From NCBI GenBank assembly GCA_033977065.1, contig JAXCHI010000004.1:416001-480000 (forward strand): a stretch of DNA of 64,000 bases. The letters run 5' to 3'. The notes under the pieces were generated by a model. It saw only the letters and a list, made by a program, of their open reading frames with translations, was not told the origin of the DNA and searched no databases. Positions 1-8,218 of this stretch are shown one piece after another (within the stretch, counting starts at the first letter, position 1; every line of letters starts with the position of its first letter). Position numbers and translations under genes: made by a program. The DNA is from Candidatus Algichlamydia australiensis (GTDB lineage Bacteria > Chlamydiota > Chlamydiia > Chlamydiales > JAJFMI01).

Positions 1-763
1 GCATAAAATGCTCATAGCCACCCTTAGAAATTTTTTCGTTTTTTGGACAGAAGAGCTTTCCTTTTTTTTCAATTAAAGCGCCAGTTGCGTCAAAAAAACT
101 GAGACCATCTCGTGCAAGACGTGCTCCTTCGCCTTCGTGTAAAAAAAAGAGCTCCATCTTTTCTAAGTCGATCGCATGAGGATCTGAGGCGATAAATATT
201 TCCTCATCTTCCCTTGCAATTACTAGAGGGCTCTCTTTAGCGATAGCTAAAATTTCATCGGGGTGATCTTTGTGAAGCACAGCGATTGCAAAGGCACCAC
301 GCAATTTTTGCATTGCTGCAATCACAGCTTTTTGCAAATCATCCGAATAGTGGTGTGCGATGAGTTGCGCGATTACCTCAGAGTCAGTCTCAGAGTAAAA
401 TTTTACACCCGCTTCTTCGAGCTCTTTACGGATTTCTAAGTGATTTTCAATAATGCCATTATGAACAATCGCAACAGAAGAGTTTTCATCAAAGTGGGGG
501 TGGGCGTTAGATTGAGAAGGTTTGCCATGAGTAGCCCAACGAGTATGGCCAATCGCGACATCTACTTCAAGAGGTGAGCTTTTGAGCAGTTGATCGAGAA
601 CAGCAATTTTTCCCTTCTCTTTTCGGAACTCAAGCTTGCCGTTTTTGACACCTGCAATTCCCGCAGAGTCATAACCGCGATACTCAAGTTTTCGTAAACC
701 TTCTAAACAGAGAGCCACGCTCGATGAGCGTCGCTTGCCGACATACCCCAAAATCCCACACAT
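1..763 (-). CDS. glmS: Glutamine--fructose-6-phosphate aminotransferase, N-terminal part (runs off window start)
   Basis: Manual translation from ATG at 763: MCGILGYVGKRRSSSVALCLEGLRKLEYRGYDSAGIAG...GHTRWATHGKPS..NAHPH...VHNGIIEN, the GATase class II motifs of GlmS. Confidence 0.95.
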   Translation of the reverse strand, partial: MCGILGYVGKRRSSSVALCLEGLRKLEYRGYDSAGIAGVKNGKLEFRKEKGKIAVLDQLLKSSPLEVDVAIGHTRWATHGKPSQSNAHPHFDENSSVAIVHNGIIENHLEIRKELEEAGVKFYSETDSEVIAQLIAHHYSDDLQKAVIAAMQKLRGAFAIAVLHKDHPDEILAIAKESPLVIAREDEEIFIASDPHAIDLEKMELFFLHEGEGARLARDGLSFFDATGALIEKKGKLFCPKNEKISKGGYEHFM

Positions 764-780
764 AGCTTGATCATACAAGA

Positions 781-1521
781 CTATCTCGCTTCAATCAACA
801 TGAAGAGGGGAAATTCTTTACGCGCGCGGTTTTCCATTCGTGACTTACCACCCGTACTTTTCTTCGGTGAGCAGAGCTCCTGCAAACCGGTGATCACAAA
901 TCCAGCTCCAACCAAGTGATCTACAATTTTTGAGAGCGGTAAATGGTAGGAATAGGTCACAACCGATTTTTTTCCTTTGCTTGGCTTTTGTTGAATCGGA
1001 ATTTCCATTTCACTCATGTAGGAATCAATCCTGCGAAACTGCATCTTCTTTTTTTCATCTACGCTCCAGCTTGATTGGCGAGGGATGCGAAAGCTGGGAT
1101 GGTTGATCACAAGAATGAGCTTGCCACCCTTCTTCAACCCCTTCCTTGCATTGTTAATTGCAGCCGGCATATCTGCCATATTTTGAATAGAGAGAAGAAA
1201 AACACAGTGGGTAAATTTCTTTTCAATCTTTAGAGGCTTTGTTAGATCGCCGACCTGAAATAGGTGGCATTTCGACCCCGCCCGTTTTTGCGCAGCTACA
1301 ATTAAAGATTTGGCTCCATCAATCCCGAGATAGTCGATATCTTTCGGAATCTGCCGCTCCAAAATTCCTTGCCCGCAGCCAAGGTCTAGTACCGCCGCAT
1401 CCTTCTCCTTCAAAAGAGGAAGCAGCACCGGCAAAATTAATTCTTTATGATAGAAGTGCCCCTCCGCTGCTACGATCTGATCGTACCAGCCAGAGACGCC
1501 TTCCCAGGTTGTCTTACTCAC
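781..1521 (-). CDS. Class I SAM-dependent methyltransferase
   Basis: VLDLGCGQG SAM-binding motif I. Confidence 0.85.
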   Translation of the reverse strand: MSKTTWEGVSGWYDQIVAAEGHFYHKELILPVLLPLLKEKDAAVLDLGCGQGILERQIPKDIDYLGIDGAKSLIVAAQKRAGSKCHLFQVGDLTKPLKIEKKFTHCVFLLSIQNMADMPAAINNARKGLKKGGKLILVINHPSFRIPRQSSWSVDEKKKMQFRRIDSYMSEMEIPIQQKPSKGKKSVVTYSYHLPLSKIVDHLVGAGFVITGLQELCSPKKSTGGKSRMENRARKEFPLFMLIEAR

Positions 1522-1564
1522 TCTTATACTTTAATAGATCTAGACTTTTCTGTATCGTGTGGCT

Positions 1565-2551
1565 ATGAGCCAAAAAGACTTTGCAAAGCCTGTTCTTGAT
1601 TTTGTCAATCCCGTTCAAACAGTTGTGCATCCCGACCAGACCATTGAAGAAGCTCTGATGACGGTGCGAGAAAAGGACATACATGAAAAAATTGTATACT
1701 TCTACGCCGTTGACGATGAGGGGAAACTTGTTGGCATTGTTCCGACTCGTCGGCTTCTTTTGCGCAGTCCGAAAACCTTAGTCAAAGAGGTGATGGACAC
1801 CAAAGTTATTTGTCTGCTCTGTACACAGAGTCTTAAAGAGGCGCTCACTGTTTTTGAAACCCACCACTTTCTCGCCTTGCCCGTTGTTGATAAAGAGCAA
1901 CACTTTCTTGGCGTGATCGACGTACAGCTCTATTTAGAAGAGAGCGTTGACGTTGTGAATTCTCGCCGTCGTAGCGACATTTTTCAAATTATTGGTTTTA
2001 ATTTAGAAGAGGGGAAACGCGTCACTACCTGGCGCAGTTACCGCACACGTATGCCTTGGATTTTCTGCAATATGTTTGGGGGTCTTGCTTGTGCGATCAT
2101 CTCAAAATTCTTTGAGCTTATCCTCACTAAAGTGATCATACTCGCTATGTTCATTCCACTCGTTCTCTCCCTCTCTGAATCAATCTCCATGCAATCGATG
2201 ACGCTGAGTCTTCAGCAGCTCCAAAACAATGGCGCGCGACTCGGCTATCTCATCCGTCGCTCGCTCCGCGAATGGAAAACTATTGTCCTCCTTGCTCTTA
2301 CTTGCGGGGCTGTTGTAGGATCGATATCTATTTTTTGGGGGGATGGCATTGCACCTGCTCTCACCATCGCTCTTGGTATCTTCCTCTCCATTTGTATCAC
2401 TGGTACTATCGCATCCATTGTTCCGCTCGTTCTTCATGTACGAGAATGGGATCCCAAAGTCGCTGCTGGTCCAATTGTTCTGACCTGCGCCGACGTCATC
2501 ACTACCGCCATCTACCTCTCTCTAGCGACATGGTTCCTTTTGTCAATTTAA
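1565..2551 (+). CDS. mgtE: MgtE-family magnesium transporter (CBS pair plus TM domain)
   Basis: CBS motifs (YAVDDEGKLVGIV, LPVVDKEQHFLGVI), RMPW and DPKVAAGPIVLTCAD MgtE TM signature; ATG at 1565 chosen. Confidence 0.85.
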   Translation: MSQKDFAKPVLDFVNPVQTVVHPDQTIEEALMTVREKDIHEKIVYFYAVDDEGKLVGIVPTRRLLLRSPKTLVKEVMDTKVICLLCTQSLKEALTVFETHHFLALPVVDKEQHFLGVIDVQLYLEESVDVVNSRRRSDIFQIIGFNLEEGKRVTTWRSYRTRMPWIFCNMFGGLACAIISKFFELILTKVIILAMFIPLVLSLSESISMQSMTLSLQQLQNNGARLGYLIRRSLREWKTIVLLALTCGAVVGSISIFWGDGIAPALTIALGIFLSICITGTIASIVPLVLHVREWDPKVAAGPIVLTCADVITTAIYLSLATWFLLSI

Positions 2552-2624
2552 ATATTTAATAAATACTTGGTTTTTATTAAATATTTTGTTAAGGTGTTGG
2601 TAATTAAATTAAGATTTAGGTTTT

Positions 2625-2850
2625 ATGTTAGTTAGTAGACACCCAGGAAGCAGCTCTTCTGCACCTAGAGTAGAGCGAGATTCACGTGAGCAGAGTCTAG
2701 AGACTCTCCTTAAGGGAGTTGATAATAGCTGTACCATGCTTGGTCATTTCGAAAGAGAGTTTCAAGTTTTAACGTTTGATTATGGCAATGGTGAGTTTGA
2801 TAGATGTTTCTTATAGGCCTTGTTGCGTAAATAGCTGCGGATACGGAGTA
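2625..2850 (+). pseudogene. Possible degraded gene remnant ending at a MITE
   Basis: 63-aa Ser-rich ORF after an AT-rich leader, followed by further in-frame stops and the element at ~2853. Confidence 0.25.
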
Positions 2851-2852
2851 CT

Positions 2853-3096
2853 AACTCTGTAACAGAAATTTTTATCATTATTTTTACGTGAAAGCTCTCG
2901 TATAAAAATAGACCCCAAACATGAAAAGTAAAGCGAGCGTATCGGATTGACGAAACTGTCTAGACCATGCAAAGTTTTCTACAAAGCTAAAAAAACAGCC
3001 GCGCAAGTGACGTGAAAGGGGCAGCAGGGGCTCGCTCGACTGTCTCTATTGGCTGTTTTTTTAAATTAAATACTAAAAAATTAATGTTACAAAATG
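2853..3096 (+). mobile_element. Degenerate, shorter family A MITE (A0)
   Basis: ACTCTGTAACAGAAA left end and GTTACAAAATG-CTAA right end; colinear with 25626-26026 but lacks ~158 bp between two AAAGGG motifs. Confidence 0.85.
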
Positions 3097-3179
3097 CTAA
3101 TAGGAGCACTAGATAAAATGCTGGTATAAAAGTTGAAAAAAAGATAAGGTATAGGGGAGAGAAAACTAGGAAAAAAATA

Positions 3180-4058
3180 ATGAGCAGATACTTAGATCCT
3201 ACTAATGATGTGGCATTTAAGAGACTATTTGGAACAAAAGAACACAAGCCATTACTAATTAGTTTTTTAAATGCGATCCTAGACCTTAAGGGTAAGCGCT
3301 CAATTCAGCAAGTAGAGCTTCTACCTAGAGAACAAGCTCCCTCTATAAGTGGAGCAAAGACCAGCATTTTGGATGTAAAGTGCACAGATGAACGTGGTTA
3401 TCAATATGTTGTGGAAATGCAAAATAAGAAAGTTCCAGGGTTCATTAAAAGAAGTCAGTATTATGTAGCACATACATATGTCAGCCAATCAATGAAAGGG
3501 ATTAGCCATTTGGAGCTAAAACCAGTCATTTTGTTGGCAATCGCAAATCACACCCTTTTTCCCAAAAAAGAGGAGACTGTAAGCTATCACAAGACATTAG
3601 ATCTAAAGACCCATGAAAACGACCTTGAAGATCTCTCCTATGTATTCATCGAACTCCCAAAATTCAAAAAAACTGAACAAGAACTCAACACGACCCAAGA
3701 CAAGTGGATCTACTTTTTCAAAAACTGGAGTAAAAGTAACGAGATCCCTAAAAATGTGGATGAACCAGAGCTTATAGAAGCATACAAAGCAATGGAAGAA
3801 TTCAATTGGTCACTTGGGGAGAAAGAAGCCTATATGAAAGCAAATATTGCACTAACAGAAGAATTTGCAATCAAAAAGGAAGAGTTCGAAAAAGGCGAGA
3901 AAAAAGGGTTAGCAAAAGGGGTGGAAAAGGGAAAGTTGCTACAAAGCTGCCACCTAGCCCGCGAGATGCTAAAGAATGGGATCTCCAAGGATCAAGTGAA
4001 AAAAATTACAGGTCTAACAGAAGAAGATTTAAGAAATTTTTCTGAAAAAGAGGAATAG
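3180..4058 (+). CDS. Rpn-family / PD-(D/E)XK nuclease (putative transposase), copy 1
   Basis: DPTNDVAFKRLFG, LDVKC..VEMQ catalytic motif, FIELPKF, WIYF, C-terminal GxxxG repeats and ITGL. Confidence 0.9.
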   Translation: MSRYLDPTNDVAFKRLFGTKEHKPLLISFLNAILDLKGKRSIQQVELLPREQAPSISGAKTSILDVKCTDERGYQYVVEMQNKKVPGFIKRSQYYVAHTYVSQSMKGISHLELKPVILLAIANHTLFPKKEETVSYHKTLDLKTHENDLEDLSYVFIELPKFKKTEQELNTTQDKWIYFFKNWSKSNEIPKNVDEPELIEAYKAMEEFNWSLGEKEAYMKANIALTEEFAIKKEEFEKGEKKGLAKGVEKGKLLQSCHLAREMLKNGISKDQVKKITGLTEEDLRNFSEKEE

Positions 4059-4073
4059 CCCTTTCTTTTTCGT

Positions 4074-4103
4074 AACAATCTTCTCAGTACTGAGAACAAT
4101 CTT
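4074..4103. repeat. 9-bp direct repeat AACAATCTT flanking 12-bp palindrome CTCAGTACTGAG (probable element scar)
   Basis: Repeats at 4074-4082 and 4095-4103; the palindrome resembles fused family D ends (CTCTGTAC/GTACAGAG). Confidence 0.6.
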
Positions 4104-4107
4104 AAAA

Positions 4108-5505
4108 CTATTTTTGATTCCAAGAAGGGCGCTTAAATTTTAAGATAATAAAGGGCACAAGGCAGAGCAGTAGTGTCCCTAGCAGTAAAAATGATTCGTA
4201 GAAAATAATATTTCCTGTATCTAGCTGTTCAGGTGGGAAGAAGCCGATGATCATGGCTCCTAAGCAGGTCACAAACCCTATTCCAGAAACAGCCCACATG
4301 CCAAGTTTACCTCCCGGTACTTTGTAGGTTCTTTTTACATCGGGTTTTTTGTAGCGCAACACAATAGCCGTAATGAAAAGTAAAAAGTACATGACGATGT
4401 AGAGCTGTGAAACGAGTGCAAGCAGCATCCAGAATGAGGTGTTCACGTTTGGCATAAAGAGAAAGACGGAAGCGAGGATGGTGACAATGACAGCTTGTAA
4501 GATGAGAAGATTGACAGGCATGCCGTGACGATTTTCTTTATGCAGGGCTGGAGGAAGTTCTCCGGCTTGCGCTGCAGCGAGTAGACCGCGGCAGGGACCA
4601 ACTGCCCAAGAACTCATCTGTCCAAGTGCGCCGATGGTGACCAGGATGGCAACGAGCGGCACCATCCAGCCGATATTCCAATTATTTAAAAAGATGGCAA
4701 TTGCTTCCATGCCACCGGCAACAAGGCTAATTTTTCCTTGCGGGATGACCATGGCAATCGCAAGTGTTCCAAGAGCGGTGAGGGCGACAATGATCGCGCC
4801 AGAGAGAAAGATCGCGCGTGGATAATTTTTTTGAGGATTGATCACATCGCGTGCGTGTACGGCGCTCATCTCCATCCCAGCGTAGCCAAGGACGATACCG
4901 GCAAGAAAGACAAACTGCTGTGGCCCCTCAAATTTGGGAATAAAGCTTCCCCAGTCAAATGAAATTTCCATGGGATGGCCAAGGAAGCCCCAGAGCAGGC
5001 CGAGGACGATAATCAATACACCAGGAATAAGCGTTCCAAAGACGGCACCCACAGTAGAAATGAGACCAGAGGTTTTCATTCCGCGCATGTTCACAAAGGT
5101 CGCGGCCCAGAAGGTGACAAGCATCACGCAGTACATGTAGAGTTGGTTTTCTGCTAAAGCAGGATTAAAGCTAAATGCGAGGGTGGCGGCAATAAAGCTC
5201 AAAATAGTCGGGTACCAGACCACATTTTCAATCCAGAGCAGCCAGATGGCCAAAAACCCCCATTTGTGACCGAGGGCCTCTTTAACCCACGCGAAGATTC
5301 CTCCGTGCTCTGGCCAGCCGGTAGCAAGTTCTGCTGAAACAAGCGAGACCGGGACAAAAAAGAGCAGGGCGCCCATAATTAAAAAGAAGAGTGATGAGAA
5401 GCCGTACTCTGCAGTTAAAGGCCAATTTTTAATGCTGGCAATCACGGCCACGTTGATCATGGCCAGTGTAAAAATTCCAATGATGCGGGGAGGTTTTTTA
5501 GTCAT
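4108..5505 (-). CDS. APC-family amino acid permease (GadC-like)
   Basis: About 12 TM segments; AELATGWP, GGIFAWV, YAGMEMSAVHA, NPQKNYPRA motifs. Confidence 0.9.
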   Translation of the reverse strand: MTKKPPRIIGIFTLAMINVAVIASIKNWPLTAEYGFSSLFFLIMGALLFFVPVSLVSAELATGWPEHGGIFAWVKEALGHKWGFLAIWLLWIENVVWYPTILSFIAATLAFSFNPALAENQLYMYCVMLVTFWAATFVNMRGMKTSGLISTVGAVFGTLIPGVLIIVLGLLWGFLGHPMEISFDWGSFIPKFEGPQQFVFLAGIVLGYAGMEMSAVHARDVINPQKNYPRAIFLSGAIIVALTALGTLAIAMVIPQGKISLVAGGMEAIAIFLNNWNIGWMVPLVAILVTIGALGQMSSWAVGPCRGLLAAAQAGELPPALHKENRHGMPVNLLILQAVIVTILASVFLFMPNVNTSFWMLLALVSQLYIVMYFLLFITAIVLRYKKPDVKRTYKVPGGKLGMWAVSGIGFVTCLGAMIIGFFPPEQLDTGNIIFYESFLLLGTLLLCLVPFIILKFKRPSWNQK

Positions 5506-5535
5506 TCCTCACAGTATAGAAAAAATGGTGTCAAA

Positions 5536-6444
5536 ATGCGAGCCCTGATCACAAGAAAAATCCCCTCAATTGCTAAGGAACTTTTAGAAAAAAAGTATTC
5601 TGTTGATGTGAATGAGAGCAACAGACCTCTTTCAAAAAAAGATGCAATAGAAGCAGTACAAAATTATGATGCGATTCTCTTTACTGTTGCTGACTCTTTT
5701 CCTGCAGATGTCATCGAGCAGAGCAAAAACTTAAAAATTCTTTCAGGGTATAGCATTGGCTTGAATAACATCGCGCTCGATGCCGCAAAGCAGATGGGTA
5801 TTGCTGTCTTTAATATCCCTGATCTCATCACAGAGCCGACTGCTGATCTTACTCTGGCACTCCTGCTAGCCGCTTCACGCCGCATTGTGCCGGCAAATGC
5901 CTATGTAAAAGCGGGGAAATGGGGAGAGTGGGACCCAGCGCTTTTTTGCGGTGAGGGGTTGCAGGGAAAGACTCTTGGAATCATTGGCATGGGGCGGATC
6001 GGTCAGGCAGTCGCAAAACGCGCTGAGGCATTTGGGATCAATATAGTTTTTACAAGCCGCTCTGAAAAGAAGATCCCTTATGAGCAAGTGGGTTTGGAAA
6101 AATTATTACAAGTTAGTGATTTTATTACTTTACATGCTCCGTTGACTAAAGAGACGAGAGGCTTGCTTGACTTAGCAAAAATGGAAAAGATGGAGAAAAG
6201 TCCTATCTTAGTCAATATGGCACGTGGTGAGCTGATCAAAACTGCTGATCTGGTCACAGCACTAAAAAAGGGCTTTGTGCGTGCAGCTGCACTTGATGTG
6301 ACCGATCCAGAGCCTCTCCCAGGCGATCATCCACTTGTCAAACTCGATAATTGCATTATTGTGCCACACATCGGTGGTGCAACTCTTGAATGTCGCGAAT
6401 CGATGGCGCGCCGTGCTGCTGAAAATATCCTGAATCACAAATAG
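5536..6444 (+). CDS. D-2-hydroxyacid dehydrogenase (glyoxylate reductase/D-glycerate dehydrogenase-like)
   Basis: GIIGMGRIG, NMARG, ALDVTDPEP, PHIG motifs. Confidence 0.9.
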   Translation: MRALITRKIPSIAKELLEKKYSVDVNESNRPLSKKDAIEAVQNYDAILFTVADSFPADVIEQSKNLKILSGYSIGLNNIALDAAKQMGIAVFNIPDLITEPTADLTLALLLAASRRIVPANAYVKAGKWGEWDPALFCGEGLQGKTLGIIGMGRIGQAVAKRAEAFGINIVFTSRSEKKIPYEQVGLEKLLQVSDFITLHAPLTKETRGLLDLAKMEKMEKSPILVNMARGELIKTADLVTALKKGFVRAAALDVTDPEPLPGDHPLVKLDNCIIVPHIGGATLECRESMARRAAENILNHK

Positions 6445-7640
6445 ATTTTGGGGAGCTGCTCCCAGGAGGTGGTGAAGCTTCGGTTGATATGAGCAGAAGC
6501 GGTGCGTTTTTCTGCACCGTAGTAGAGAAGACGTGTGCCGTAGCGCCGATTGATCTGATCAAGAGCTTCCATCGCGCGCTTCTCCTTTTCTGTGCTGGGA
6601 TTTTGCGCTAGCAAATCAAGTTGCTTCTCATGCGCACCTGAAAGCTCTGTTAGCAGGACCCCTGCACGCTTGTACTCATCCCCATCACGGTAAATTTCTT
6701 TTAGCATTTTTTTAGCATACTCAATGAGAGTAGGCGTAAAACTAGTAGCAAGAGGGAGACGGCAGGAGCAGCTGTTAGAGTAAAAGCTCTCTTTTTTAAA
6801 CCGGTTTGTTGAGATGAAAATAGTAATAAAATTTGTTTGCAGCTGCTTGCGTCGCAATTTTTGACTTGCTTTGGCAACAAATGTCGAAAGGCTTTCAGAG
6901 ACATCTCTATATGTTGTAAGAGGTTTTGTAAATGAGCGCGAGCTTAAAATGGACTTTGCACTTATATACATCTCATTTTCCGTTCTGCACGCAATCCCTT
7001 TTAATTCTAAGAGTGTGCGTAAACCCGCTACGCTCAATTTTTTCTTCACCCAAGTCTCATCAAGGTTGCAGAACTGCTTAGCTGTTGTAACTCCATAAGA
7101 GTAGAGCGTTTTTTTCATGCGCCTGCCAATTCCCCAAATCTCTTCAACAGGAAAATCTTTGGGAATACTCTGAAAAATGTGCGTACCACAGTGATGATCT
7201 TTGGCAATGCGATTGGCCAGTTTTGCAAGAGTTTTAGTAGGCCCGATCCCAATAGAGGTGGGAATACCAGTCCACTGGTAGACCTGTTTTCGAATTTTTT
7301 CTGCAAGAGCGATATCTTGACACTCTAAAAAACACTCATCAATTGAATAGACTTCAATTGGAAGAGAAAACGTCTCAAGCGTTGCAATGACGCGCTGTGA
7401 CATATCTGCATATAAGGGAAAATTTGAGGAGAGGGAAATCACGTTGTGATGCAAAAAATGCTCACGCCACTGATAGACAGGTGCACCCATGGGGATACCC
7501 AGTGCCTTTGCCTCTTTTGATCGTGCGACAACGCACCCATCATTATTAGAAAGTACAACAAGGGGGCGATCTCTGTAGGCTGGTGTGAAAAGCTGTTCAC
7601 ATGAAGCATAAAAATTATTGCAGTCTATGAGAAAGTACAT
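6435..7640 (-). CDS. umuC: Y-family DNA polymerase V catalytic subunit
   Basis: DCNNFYASCE, VLSNNDGCVVARS, YSIDE motifs; start ATG overlaps the umuD stop (TAATG). Confidence 0.92.
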   Translation of the reverse strand: MYFLIDCNNFYASCEQLFTPAYRDRPLVVLSNNDGCVVARSKEAKALGIPMGAPVYQWREHFLHHNVISLSSNFPLYADMSQRVIATLETFSLPIEVYSIDECFLECQDIALAEKIRKQVYQWTGIPTSIGIGPTKTLAKLANRIAKDHHCGTHIFQSIPKDFPVEEIWGIGRRMKKTLYSYGVTTAKQFCNLDETWVKKKLSVAGLRTLLELKGIACRTENEMYISAKSILSSRSFTKPLTTYRDVSESLSTFVAKASQKLRRKQLQTNFITIFISTNRFKKESFYSNSCSCRLPLATSFTPTLIEYAKKMLKEIYRDGDEYKRAGVLLTELSGAHEKQLDLLAQNPSTEKEKRAMEALDQINRRYGTRLLYYGAEKRTASAHINRSFTTSWEQLPKIYL

Positions 7641-8077
7641 TAGCTTGCCTTGTGTACGATAAAGGTGACAACGCCCCAAACTTCAAAGTCCATCTCTGGT
7701 GTGATTTGTAGGGGAGAGAAACTAGAATTTTCAGGAAGAAGAAAAAGCTTACCACTCTCTTTGCGAATCCGTTTCACCGTGAACTCTCCATTAAGAATCG
7801 CAACAACAATCTTATTATCACTTGGCGTAAGCGCGCGATCAACAATAAGTAGATCGCCTGATTGGATTCCAGCATTAATCATAGAATTTCCCTCAACACG
7901 AACAAAAAAGGTGGCTGCAGGATGAGCAATAAGTAGCTCATTAAGATCGAGCTTTTTTTCTACATAATCATCGGCGGGCGAAGGAAATCCCGCCTGCACA
8001 CGCGCAGAAAAAAGTGGAAGGCTTAATTTGGACTTTTCATCTGCTTTATAAAACTCTAATTTAACCGAATCTGTCAT
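7640..8077 (-). CDS. umuD: DNA polymerase V autoproteolytic subunit
   Basis: AGFPSPA cleavage site, GNSM, EFTVK; start MTDSV chosen because the longer ORF runs into a MITE. Confidence 0.92.
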   Translation of the reverse strand: MTDSVKLEFYKADEKSKLSLPLFSARVQAGFPSPADDYVEKKLDLNELLIAHPAATFFVRVEGNSMINAGIQSGDLLIVDRALTPSDNKIVVAILNGEFTVKRIRKESGKLFLLPENSSFSPLQITPEMDFEVWGVVTFIVHKAS

Positions 8078-8112
8078 AGTTGTAATAACTATAACAGGAA
8101 CAATTAATTTAA

Positions 8113-8218
8113 GAGAGTGTCTTCGAATTAAATTTCGTCGAGTTTTTGGATTATTTTGGCCGATTTTTCGGCTCAAAAAAACCGAAAAATCGACTGAATT
8201 TAATTCGAAGACACTCTC
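8113..8218. mobile_element. Family E MITE, 106 bp (IS5/IS1031-like ends)
   Basis: Terminal inverted repeat GAGAGTGTCTTCGAATTAAATT at both ends; TAA on both flanks (8110-8112, 8219-8221). Confidence 0.85.

Noticed and set aside
2550..2586. 14-bp AT-only inverted repeat after mgtE
   Set aside because: Low complexity; function cannot be assigned.
3180..4058. Rpn protein as the transposase for the MITEs
   Set aside because: Only one of three copies is near a MITE, none is bounded by the TIRs, and TIR/TSD architecture points to DDE enzymes.
8078..8176. N-terminal extension of UmuD
   Set aside because: It reads through MITE E.
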